NCBI GenBank assembly: GCA_023267435.1
Contig: JAHFNH010000001.1
Location: forward strand, 174,839-238,838
DNA: 64,000 bases
Direction of reading: 5' to 3'
From: Candidatus Nomurabacteria bacterium
GTDB taxonomy: Bacteria; Patescibacteriota; Minisyncoccia; Phycocordibacterales; UBA9973
A program made the translations under genes and the position numbers. This document shows positions 56,232-64,000 of the stretch, piece after piece; the stretch's first letter is position 1, and each line of letters opens with the position of its first letter. The notes beneath the pieces were generated by a model. The model was not told where the DNA came from and ran no database searches. It saw nothing but the letters and a program-made list of their open reading frames with translations.

Positions 56232-57614
56232 TTGCTGTATAATGTATCTATGGAGAAAATTGCAAAGATAACTTTTTGTGGGGGAACAGGTTCCGTAACA
56301 GGTGCAAACTTTTTACTTGAAGTTGAAGGAAAAAAAATATTAGTTGATTGCGGACTTACTCAAGGAACGAAATTAGCAGATGATATAAACTGGGATCCTT
56401 TTATTTATGATCCGAAAGAGATAGACATTCTTTTTATTACTCATGGGCATATCGACCATTTGGGCCGTATTCCAAAACTTATTTATGATGGTTTTCGTGG
56501 AAAGATTTATTCAACTGCGCCGACCAAAGCTCTAGCAGCTCCAATGCTCGAGGATACGATGGGTATACTTTCAAAAAATAGAGAACATAATTTGGATAAA
56601 ATTTATACTGAAGAAAATATACAACTCGCTCTTTCTTTGTGGCAAGGATTTGAATATCATGAAAAAATACAAATTGTTGAAAATTTAGAAGTTTCTTTTC
56701 TAAACGCTGGACATATACTAGGATCCGCTATGGTTGAATTTATTTACAACCGCAAGAAAATTCTTTTTACTGGAGACTTAGGAAATTCACCTTCACCTCT
56801 ACTTCCTGATACTGAAAAAGTTACTGATGTGGATTATTTGATAATGGAAAGCGTTTACGGTGATAGAAATCATGAAGCCAGAGAAGAAAGAAGAAAGTTT
56901 TTAGAAGAAGCAATTGAAGACAACTATAAAAGAAAAGGAACTCTAATTATTCCGACTTTTTCACTCGAACGTTCACAAGAGCTTTTATTTGAAATAGATG
57001 CTTTAGTGGAAGATCAGCGTATTCCTATCATGCCGATATTTCTTGATTCGCCTTTAGCTATAAGACTCACAGATGTTTTCAAGCAGTATAAAAGTTATTT
57101 CAATGAGAATGCTCAGAAAGCCATATCCGACGGCAAACATTTATTTGATTTTCCTGGGCTTCATTCTACTTTACAATCAGAAGAATCAAGAAAGATTTTA
57201 ACTGTACCCAATCCTAAAATAATTATTGCCGGTTCAGGGATGTCTTCGGGTGGCAGAGTAGTGCATCATGAAAAGAATTATTTGCCTGATCCCAACAATA
57301 CGCTTTTACTTACGGGTTATCAGTCTGTGGGTACGATGGGACGTTTGATCGAAGAAGGCGTAAAAACAGTTCATATTTCCGGTGAAGATGTTATTGTCCG
57401 GGCACATATCGCAACCATTTCCGGATATTCTGGACACAAAGATTCAGATCACTTGATTAATTTTGTGGAAGATATGGAAGATAGTTTGAAAAAAGTTTTT
57501 GTGGTTATGGGCGAACCAAAATCGTCATTGTTTTTAGTGCAGAAACTTAGAGACAATTTGGCAATTGATGCATCTGCTCCAGATCGAGGAGATAGTGTTT
57601 CGCTTGTTTGTTAA
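56232..57614 (+). CDS. Beta-CASP family MBL-fold ribonuclease (RNase J / CPSF-like)
   Basis: THGHIDHLG metallo-beta-lactamase motif and a beta-CASP region. The start may be the Met at 56250. Confidence 0.75.
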   Translation: MLYNVSMEKIAKITFCGGTGSVTGANFLLEVEGKKILVDCGLTQGTKLADDINWDPFIYDPKEIDILFITHGHIDHLGRIPKLIYDGFRGKIYSTAPTKALAAPMLEDTMGILSKNREHNLDKIYTEENIQLALSLWQGFEYHEKIQIVENLEVSFLNAGHILGSAMVEFIYNRKKILFTGDLGNSPSPLLPDTEKVTDVDYLIMESVYGDRNHEAREERRKFLEEAIEDNYKRKGTLIIPTFSLERSQELLFEIDALVEDQRIPIMPIFLDSPLAIRLTDVFKQYKSYFNENAQKAISDGKHLFDFPGLHSTLQSEESRKILTVPNPKIIIAGSGMSSGGRVVHHEKNYLPDPNNTLLLTGYQSVGTMGRLIEEGVKTVHISGEDVIVRAHIATISGYSGHKDSDHLINFVEDMEDSLKKVFVVMGEPKSSLFLVQKLRDNLAIDASAPDRGDSVSLVC

Positions 57615-57644
57615 TTATTAATTTAATTTTATTTAAATAAATTT

Positions 57645-58247
57645 ATGGATATATTATCTTCAAACCCTTATGCAAAACATGGACACCGTCAGTTGAAACT
57701 TTGTGTTTCTGGCGCGGCGGAGACGGGTCATTGCGGTCCGAATGCTTTACAAAAAGCCAAAGAACTTGGTGCTGAAATAGTGCGTCAGGGTGGCATTTTG
57801 GTAACAGGAGCGACGACTGGCTTTCCTCTTTGGTCAGCGATGGGAGCGAAAGAAGTGGGAGGTATTTCTATTGGACTTTCACCAGCAGCGACAGAGCAAG
57901 AACATGTAAGTGTTTACAAACTTCCTGTGGATTATATGGATATTCTTATTTATACTGGTTTTGGTTTTCCAATGCGAGATATTTTATTGACTCGTTCGAC
58001 TGATGCTGTATTTATTGGTTGTGGACGTATCGGTACTATTCATGAATTTACTGTGGCTTTCGAAGATAGCAAGCCTATCGGAATACTGGAAGATGAAGGT
58101 TGGGAAATGGGTGATGAAATTAAAATGATTTTGGAGAAAGGTCATCGGCCAAATGCAAAAATAGTTTTCGATTCTGATCCAAAAAAACTTGTTCAAAAAG
58201 TGATAGAATTGATTATGAAAGATAAAGTTGAAGAGTTTAAAATATAA
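57645..58247 (+). CDS. SLOG/LOG-like Rossmann-fold protein (TIGR00725 family)
   Basis: LCVSGAAETG...GGILVTGATTGFPLWSAMGAKEVGGISIGLSP and FIGCGRIGTIHEF. Confidence 0.6.
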   Translation: MDILSSNPYAKHGHRQLKLCVSGAAETGHCGPNALQKAKELGAEIVRQGGILVTGATTGFPLWSAMGAKEVGGISIGLSPAATEQEHVSVYKLPVDYMDILIYTGFGFPMRDILLTRSTDAVFIGCGRIGTIHEFTVAFEDSKPIGILEDEGWEMGDEIKMILEKGHRPNAKIVFDSDPKKLVQKVIELIMKDKVEEFKI

Positions 58248-58253
58248 AAAGTT

Positions 58254-58292
58254 TAAAAACCCTCCGCCAAACTGGCGGAGGGTTTTTAGTTT
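58254..58292. terminator. Intrinsic terminator (CCTCCGCCA...TGGCGGAGG family)
   Basis: Stem accctccgccaa/tggcggagggt plus a T-run. Confidence 0.7.
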
Positions 58293-58362
58293 GACTTTTA
58301 ACATAAATCATGCTAAAGTTATAAAAAAGTTCATTAAGTAAACCAAAAAACCATCCGGAAAA

Positions 58363-58854
58363 ATGAAAAAAATAGTTCGATCCTTTTTGTTCATAGCAGT
58401 AGCTGCTGTGGCAAATATTTCTTTTGCTCAAAATATGAGCGATAGCATCCCATTTTACTCAGGAGTTCATCGTTATTCAGCAGAAGTAAAAAAAGAAATC
58501 AATCAAGATTCAGCTTTTGTTTATGTCAAAGTAATGCAAAACACTTTTGATCCATTTGAAGTTAGAGATATTTTTCACTTAAAATTTGCTCAGGCTGCTT
58601 GCGCATTAGAAAAAATAAATGAAACTTCAAAAGTAAAAAAAGAGGGGATAATCATTGTCGATGAATATGGTCGAACAATTTATTTTCCAGTCTCGGCCTT
58701 AGAAGAGAATGGATATCTTTTATTGGAAGGTGGGGAAGTAAAAAGGGGAGTTTTTTATCCGTATATTATTAGTGCTAATAATGTATTTTACAAACAGGAT
58801 AAAAACGAACCTGGCACGGTTATTCCGAACAAGAAGATTATTGATTTTAAATAA
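58363..58854 (+). CDS. Secreted hypothetical protein
   Basis: Signal peptide FLFIAVAAVANISFAQ, nearly identical in form to that of the thioredoxin-fold protein. Confidence 0.5.
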   Translation: MKKIVRSFLFIAVAAVANISFAQNMSDSIPFYSGVHRYSAEVKKEINQDSAFVYVKVMQNTFDPFEVRDIFHLKFAQAACALEKINETSKVKKEGIIIVDEYGRTIYFPVSALEENGYLLLEGGEVKRGVFYPYIISANNVFYKQDKNEPGTVIPNKKIIDFK

Positions 58855-58867
58855 TCAAATAAAGAAA

Positions 58868-58900
58868 ACAAAAAACACCTCGAGATTCGAGGTGTTTTTT
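58868..58900. terminator. Bidirectional terminator
   Basis: Stem cacctcga/tcgaggtg plus A- and T-runs. Confidence 0.7.
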
Positions 58901-58909
58901 AAATTTATA

Positions 58910-59254
58910 TTATTTAACTTTCGCTAGGACTCTGGAGAAACTTTCTGGATTGTTTTCTGCAAGGTCAGCCAACATTTTTCTGTTTAACATTATCTTTTTC
59001 TTTCCTAGTTCACCGATAAGTTTGGAGTAAGACATTCCGAGCTCGCGTGATCCTGCGTTGATCTTGATATTCCAAAGTGTACGGTTGTGACCTTTTTTGT
59101 CTTTTCTGTGTGCGAAGGAATAATTTCCTGCGTGTAGAAGAGCTTCTTTGGCTTGTCTTTCCTTAGTGCTTCGTCCGTGACGAAAACCCTTGGTTTGCTT
59201 CAAGATACTTCTTCTTCTTTTTAATGCATGTACTCCCTTTTTTACTCTTGTCAT
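58910..59254 (-). CDS. rplT: 50S ribosomal protein L20
   Basis: Classic L20 sequence. Confidence 0.9.
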   Translation of the reverse strand: MTRVKKGVHALKRRRSILKQTKGFRHGRSTKERQAKEALLHAGNYSFAHRKDKKGHNRTLWNIKINAGSRELGMSYSKLIGELGKKKIMLNRKMLADLAENNPESFSRVLAKVK

Positions 59255-59277
59255 GGTTTTTTACTGTTATTTTTTAA

Positions 59278-59466
59278 TTATGCGAACGGCAACAAGTGAC
59301 TCATCGGCTTGTTCTTGATTTTAAATTCTTGACCCTTGCGACCAGCTAATTGGGTTGTGCGTGACTGTTTGGCATTAAAGTGGTTGAAGCCTGGCTTGCG
59401 TCCAATGACCTTACCATTTTTGGTAACTTTTAATCTTTTTGAAAATGATTTGTTTGTTTTCATCAT
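59278..59466 (-). CDS. rpmI: 50S ribosomal protein L35
   Basis: 62-aa basic protein consistent with L35. Confidence 0.85.
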   Translation of the reverse strand: MMKTNKSFSKRLKVTKNGKVIGRKPGFNHFNAKQSRTTQLAGRKGQEFKIKNKPMSHLLPFA

Positions 59467-59475
59467 ATAATTTTA

Positions 59476-59982
59476 CTACTTTGCTTTTTCTATTGTTATA
59501 ATCAAACCTTTTGGACCTCTTTTGTATGAATCTGAAACTTTGTAATCTTCGGTGATAAAGTGAAGTACTCTATCCAAGCGCTCTTTTAGGAATTTATCAT
59601 CCATATATTTTGCGCGTCCGGAAAGGAAAAGTTCAACTTTTATTCGGTGGCCTTCTTTTAACCATTTGGAAGCAGTTTTAGCTTTTAATTCTAAATCATG
59701 GTCACCGGTGCCTATCTTTACTTGGATCGACTTGGTTTCTGTGGGTTTAGCTCCAGCCTTTGCTTTCTTTAGTTTTTTACTAGCTTCATACTGATACTTG
59801 CCGAAGTCCATTATTTTCCCTATTGGAGGGTTTGCATTCGGGGATATTTCAATCAAGTCCAAGCCTTTACTCTGTGCGAGTTCCAGCGCATCTTTAATGC
59901 TTAAAACTCCGAGGTTTTTATTTTCACTGTCTAAAACTCGTAATTCTTTGGCTCTTATTTGGTTGTTTATTCTTTCACGCAA
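59476..59982 (-). CDS. infC: Translation initiation factor IF-3
   Basis: IRAKELRVLD...GKIMDFGKYQYE. The true start may be a non-ATG codon. Confidence 0.85.
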   Translation of the reverse strand: MRERINNQIRAKELRVLDSENKNLGVLSIKDALELAQSKGLDLIEISPNANPPIGKIMDFGKYQYEASKKLKKAKAGAKPTETKSIQVKIGTGDHDLELKAKTASKWLKEGHRIKVELFLSGRAKYMDDKFLKERLDRVLHFITEDYKVSDSYKRGPKGLIITIEKAK

Positions 59983-60020
59983 TTGATCTAAAATAATGCT
60001 TTAGCTCTGAAGATAATAGC

Positions 60021-61379
60021 TTATTGAGAGTTTAAAGTCAACCGTACTTGATCAAAAATGGTATTTATTCGGTTTTCTTCCTTAGCTTCACCGATAATGC
60101 GTACAACTGGCTCAGTATTAGAGGGTCTGACGTGGATCCAACTAGAATCTGCCCAATCAAAACGCACTCCATCTAAAGTATTTAAAGTCGCATCTTTAAA
60201 GGTTATTTTTAGGTTTTCATAAAGTTCATCTAATTTACCAGTAAAAGTGATTTTATCTTTTTTCATTACATATTGAGGTAAAGACTCTGTAATTTCGGAA
60301 ATATTTTTGTTTTCACGCGCAAGGAGTTCAAGGGTGAGAGCTATGCCGACAAGGCTGTCGCGGGCAGTGTTTATTTTCGGATAAATCACTCCACCTCCAC
60401 CTTCGCCTCCCATTATTGAATTAGTAGCTTGGATCATTTCTACGACATTGGCTTCGCCGATTTTGGAACGATAAGTTTTTCCGCCATATGACTTTGCAAT
60501 ATCTTCATTCACTCGAGAGGTGGACATGTTAATGACGATATCGCCAGGATTTTTTGATAAAACACTTTTCACTGAGAGAGCCAAAGTGTATTCTTCATTT
60601 AAAACTTCTCCCTTCTCGTTTACGATGACGAGTCGGTCTGCGTCGGGGTCTTGGGCAAAGCCGACGATTGATTTGCTATCCAAGACGGCTTTGCCTATTT
60701 GTGCTAAATTTTTTGGCAATGGTTCTGGCTCATGTGCGAATTCTCCGTTTTGTTCTGTATTTATCGCGTACACTTCACAACTCAGTTCTTTTAATAATTC
60801 TTGAGCGATGATACTGCCGGCACTATTGATTGGATCCAGGGCAACTTTGAATTTTTTACTTTTAATCAAACTAACATCAATGTTTTTAAATATTTCATCA
60901 ATGTGTAATTTTCTGAATTTTGCATTATCAGGAAATTCCTGAGGCCTTGCCTCAGGGGAGTAAACAGGCAATGTTTGTGGAGATAAATCTTCTTTATTTT
61001 TAGTGATTTCTTCTATTTCTGTTTGAGTTGCAAAAAGTCCATTTTTATTTATAAATTTCAAACCATTGTATTCTGGTGGGTTATGCGAAGCGGTGATCAT
61101 TACTCCGCCATCGAAAGAAAGTTTCTTGATTAAGAAAAGCATTGAAGGTGTCGGTATGATGCCAGCATATTCTATTTCCAATCCTTCATTTTTAAATGCA
61201 GTCTGCAGGGATTCGAAAATAACTCCGCCAGTCTTGCGTGCGTCGCGTCCGACTAAAATTTCCTTGCCTCCAGAGTTTTTTATAAACTTAGCGAAAGCAA
61301 TTCCAAATTCAAAAGCAATTTGTTCATTTAAATCCTGACCCCATATTCCTCGATATCCTGAGACATTTAATTTAGGCAT
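60021..61379 (-). CDS. Phosphohexomutase (phosphoglucosamine/phosphomanno-mutase family)
   Basis: Active-site loop TASHNPPEYNGLKF and a four-domain architecture. Confidence 0.8.
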   Translation of the reverse strand: MPKLNVSGYRGIWGQDLNEQIAFEFGIAFAKFIKNSGGKEILVGRDARKTGGVIFESLQTAFKNEGLEIEYAGIIPTPSMLFLIKKLSFDGGVMITASHNPPEYNGLKFINKNGLFATQTEIEEITKNKEDLSPQTLPVYSPEARPQEFPDNAKFRKLHIDEIFKNIDVSLIKSKKFKVALDPINSAGSIIAQELLKELSCEVYAINTEQNGEFAHEPEPLPKNLAQIGKAVLDSKSIVGFAQDPDADRLVIVNEKGEVLNEEYTLALSVKSVLSKNPGDIVINMSTSRVNEDIAKSYGGKTYRSKIGEANVVEMIQATNSIMGGEGGGGVIYPKINTARDSLVGIALTLELLARENKNISEITESLPQYVMKKDKITFTGKLDELYENLKITFKDATLNTLDGVRFDWADSSWIHVRPSNTEPVVRIIGEAKEENRINTIFDQVRLTLNSQ

Positions 61380-61427
61380 ATTTGTATTTTATCATAATCA
61401 ACACCGTAAATATGATATTATAAAAAC

Positions 61428-61874
61428 ATGGCGCATTATGCGGAAAATAGAAAAGTCAGATTCGACTACGAAATCCTAGAGAAATTCGAGGCAGGTATTG
61501 AGCTTCTGGGAGAAGAAGTTAAATCAGTTCGAGGCGGACGAATGTCGCTCGAAGGGGCTTTTGTGTTGGTTCGCGGGAGAGAATGCTTTTTAATTAATTC
61601 AAATATTCCCCCGTATCAAGTGAAGAATGCTGCGAAAGATTATGACCCGATTCGGAATCGCAAGCTTTTGCTGACTAAAAAAGAAATAGCTGAACTAGCT
61701 GGAAGCGAGAAGAATAAAGCTTTGACAATAGTGCCGATTTCAGTGTATAATAAAGGCAGAAAAATTAAGGTAGAAATTGCCTTAGTAAAAGGTAAGAAAA
61801 AGTTCGATAAGCGTGAGAGTATCAAGAAACGCGATACGGAAAGAGAAGTCCGACGCGAATTCAAAGGACGTTGA
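61428..61874 (+). CDS. smpB: SsrA-binding protein SmpB
   Basis: Typical SmpB sequence with a basic C-terminal tail. Confidence 0.9.
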   Translation: MAHYAENRKVRFDYEILEKFEAGIELLGEEVKSVRGGRMSLEGAFVLVRGRECFLINSNIPPYQVKNAAKDYDPIRNRKLLLTKKEIAELAGSEKNKALTIVPISVYNKGRKIKVEIALVKGKKKFDKRESIKKRDTEREVRREFKGR

Positions 61875-61887
61875 TAACAGAATATTG

Positions 61888-62266
61888 GGACTGCAAGGCA
61901 TAGACAGTAAGCCATTTGCTATTGATGCATGCCGAGTATGGACGTAATCTCGTTAAAATTCGTTCAAATGTTAATTGCAAAATTGACTTCAAAGCAATCT
62001 CCATACTTCGGTATGAAAGATCTTGCTCTAGCCTTCGCGTAAGCCTCGGCTAGTGTCTCTCTCATAGACTTCCGATATATGAGTCGAGGCATAATATTAT
62101 CGGGATAGGGAAGAGAATGTCCTGACTCTTCTCCGAAACAAAAGGAATCGGTTCTGAAATATTTCGTGCACTTAAGAATTTCAGAATTTAAACAAAAAAG
62201 TGTACTAAGCATGTAGATTTCCTTGCAACTACTTTCTGCACTGGGGTTCAATTCCCCACAGTTCCA
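61888..62266 (+). ncRNA. ssrA: Transfer-messenger RNA (tmRNA, ssrA)
   Basis: Starts 13 nt after smpB. The 5' gggacug pairs with the 3' caguucc, giving a G3.U70 wobble with discriminator A. T-arm ugggg-uucaauu-cccca lies at 62242-62258. gcaugccgag (61927-61936) is shared with E. coli tmRNA. The tag ORF from GCA at 61977 reads AKLTSKQSPYFGMKDLALAFA and stops at 62040. Confidence 0.75.
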
Positions 62267-62382
62267 CAAATTCATTTAGCTATTATAATATAAAGGTATT
62301 TATATATTGACTTTTGTGTTTATTTATGATACAATTGCTTGTAAATAAGGATAACGTTGTTCTTATAAAAAAGGAGGTCTAA

Positions 62383-62622
62383 ATGGCGCTTACAAAAGAA
62401 AAACAAGGAGAAATTGCTTTGGCTTTTATGAAAGAAAAATTCAGAAAAGACAGAAGAATACCAGATGTTGAAAGTATGAAAAGAGAAATTGGTAATTCTG
62501 CTAAAAAAATGGGATTCTCAAAAGAGGAATTGTATGAATTTATGATTCTTTTAATTGAAGAGTTAACCGAAGAATTTATCTCTGAAGTAAAACAAATAAA
62601 TAAAACAGGTGCAAGCAAATAA
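62383..62622 (+). CDS. Hypothetical small protein
   Basis: 79-aa ORF preceded by the window's clearest Shine-Dalgarno (aaaggagg, 7 nt upstream). Confidence 0.5.
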   Translation: MALTKEKQGEIALAFMKEKFRKDRRIPDVESMKREIGNSAKKMGFSKEELYEFMILLIEELTEEFISEVKQINKTGASK

Positions 62623-62697
62623 TGTTTCCTAAAAGGGTAATTTGTCGTCCTCTTTGAGATATGACAAGAACAAGAACCTAGCCTCTTTATTTAAGGT

Positions 62698-62738
62698 TGA
62701 ACCAGTTAATTTATTAACTGGTTCTTTTTTTTATTTTC
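62698..62738 (+). terminator. Intrinsic terminator
   Basis: Perfect 11-bp stem gaaccagttaa/ttaactggttc plus a T-run. Confidence 0.75.
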
Positions 62739-62778
62739 CAAAATTAAGATTTTCAGAATAGTTTGATATACTCTTTGT

Positions 62779-63303
62779 ATGAATAAAGTGAATTTAGAAC
62801 TGAAATGTTATTGTCCGGATTTTTCTAAGGTAAGAAATGTTTTAAAACAAATCGGTGCAAAGAAAGAAATTGTAAAAAATCAGAAAGATTACTTTTTTGA
62901 ATTACCCGCTAGTAAAAAGAATTCTCCAAGATTAAAACTTCGTATTGAAGGTAAAGATAAAACTCTCGTTTATTATGAACGTCCAGATTTTACAAAAAAC
63001 AAAGGTGCTGTGGCTGATATAAAGCTTTATGATGTAAATGATAATGATTTATTTCCTTTTCTTGAAAAAGTTTTAGGAGTGAAGGCTATTGTAGAAAAAA
63101 AGAGGGAAGTATGGAGAAAAGAAAATACAGTATTTCATCTTGATACAGTAAAAAAAGTAGGAAAAATTTTTGAGATTGAATTGCAAAAGAAAGATAAAAT
63201 AAATGAAAAAGACAGAGCAATATTCGAGTCATATAAACAAAAACTTGAACCATTTTTGGGTAAAATCATCAAAGGTTCTAATGTTGATTTGGTTGTTAAA
63301 TAA
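62779..63303 (+). CDS. CYTH-domain protein (CyaB-like class IV adenylate cyclase / triphosphate tunnel metalloenzyme)
   Basis: N-terminal ELK and C-terminal VFHLDTVKKVGKIFEIELQ match the CYTH pattern. Confidence 0.65.
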   Translation: MNKVNLELKCYCPDFSKVRNVLKQIGAKKEIVKNQKDYFFELPASKKNSPRLKLRIEGKDKTLVYYERPDFTKNKGAVADIKLYDVNDNDLFPFLEKVLGVKAIVEKKREVWRKENTVFHLDTVKKVGKIFEIELQKKDKINEKDRAIFESYKQKLEPFLGKIIKGSNVDLVVK

Positions 63304-63311
63304 CGTATCTA

Positions 63312-63433
63312 TTGACATTCAGTCTAAAATGTGCTAAACTTGTTGTAGCTATAGTCCTTTGATATTAGGTTTAAATTGTTGTTGATTGAGTCACTTTGAG
63401 CTTCTGAAACGGAGACCAAAGTGACCTAATCAA
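63312..63433 (+). promoter_or_regulatory. Promoter (TTGACA-17-TAAACT) plus a 17-bp inverted repeat in the 5' leader of the last gene
   Basis: -35 at 63312-63317, -10 at 63335-63340. IR ttgattgagtcactttg (63382-63398) / caaagtgacctaatcaa (63417-63433). Confidence 0.4.
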
Positions 63434-63463
63434 CTAGTAAATAAAAACAATTAAATCTAAAAA

Positions 63464-64000
63464 TATGAAACCAATCGATTATTTTTCAACCTTTGAAGAA
63501 GGTAAAAACGAATTTATCGAAGCATCAAAGAAAAACGACACTCTTGCAAAATTGGAGGCTATTAAAAAAATGGGCAGTTCTGCTTCTAAAATTTTGGAGA
63601 ACAATTACCATATTAAACTTCAAACTTTGTTTGATAAAGAATCAAAAGAGAATCCAATAGTTGAGGCCAGAAAAGCTTTTAATACTTGGAAAAATCTAAT
63701 TAGCGTGAATTCGGAATATTTAGATCTTGTCGGAAAATTTTACCAAGAAACATCAACAAGAGTTCTACACTCCATTGATACATTGAAACTGGTAGAAAAT
63801 TATAAAAACACCAGTTCTAAAAATTCTGAAAAAATGAAGGAATTACTTGATGAAGATCCGTTTATACGGAACGTGTTAAAAGGTACTGAATATATAGTTA
63901 ATGGTGTGATTCCTTATTCGCATGTTATTCATATGATTCAGGAGCTCATAGAAGATTCTTTTTTCTTGAAAGATGAAGAAATAACTACAGGGTTAAATTA
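63464..64000 (+). CDS. Hypothetical protein, 3'-truncated by the window end
   Basis: ATG at 63464 with an open frame to the window edge. Confidence 0.35.

Noticed and set aside
61964-62275. 103-aa minus-strand ORF
   Set aside because: It lies entirely within the tmRNA gene, so it is an artefact.
62379-62618. 79-aa minus-strand ORF mirroring 62383..62622
   Set aside because: The plus-strand ORF has a canonical SD and a downstream terminator on its own strand. The minus ORF has neither.

Overview
This is a low-GC, gene-dense, compact window. It uses the standard genetic code, Shine-Dalgarno sequences are rare, and intrinsic terminators with GC-rich stems are frequent. Several traits suggest a CPR/Patescibacteria (Parcubacteria-like) chromosome, but that is an inference. 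The traits are: no L30 between S5 and L15, a zinc-type S14, a short trigger factor, archaeal-type CMP/UMP kinases and phosphohexomutase, and tight operons. Core genes, in order: rpsO, NYN-domain protein, pnp, a regulatory operon (TrmB-like regulator, wHTH-GHKL kinase-STAS fusion, membrane protein, DksA/TraR zinc finger, comM), an SOS-box promoter with small ORF and lexA, hup, a DapD-like acyltransferase, GIY-YIG nuclease, rny, clpP, tig, ppa, nusA, tpiA and pgk, HIT, recJ, rnhA with a C-terminal hybrid-binding domain, rpsS through rplE, an accessory island, rpsZ through secY, cmk/adk/pyrH/map, a large HerA/VirD4-superfamily ATPase, ndk, a beta-CASP RNase, a SLOG/TIGR00725 protein, rplT-rpmI-infC, a phosphohexomutase, smpB plus tmRNA (ssrA), a CYTH protein and a partial terminal gene. 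Accessory or novel content, in order of appearance: (1) an operon encoding a winged-HTH/GHKL-kinase/STAS(DUF4325) fusion; (2) a perfect sigma70-like promoter with a Gram-positive-type LexA box in its spacer; (3) a tandem cluster of four paralogous secreted proteins with hexa- to octa-glycine runs (20655-25177); (4) a ~7.3 kb island inserted between rplE and rpsZ that carries a secreted thioredoxin-fold protein, a 1239-aa surface protein, a 230-aa protein sharing a duplicated promoter/leader module, and a Fic protein whose catalytic His is replaced by Gln; (5) three structured intergenic elements, namely a 23-bp perfect inverted repeat between tpiA and pgk, mutually exclusive GC-rich hairpins in the adk leader, and a 126-bp element bounded by 16-bp inverted repeats followed by a terminator-like hairpin upstream of a small membrane protein. 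All calls were made by eye from motifs. No database search was run.
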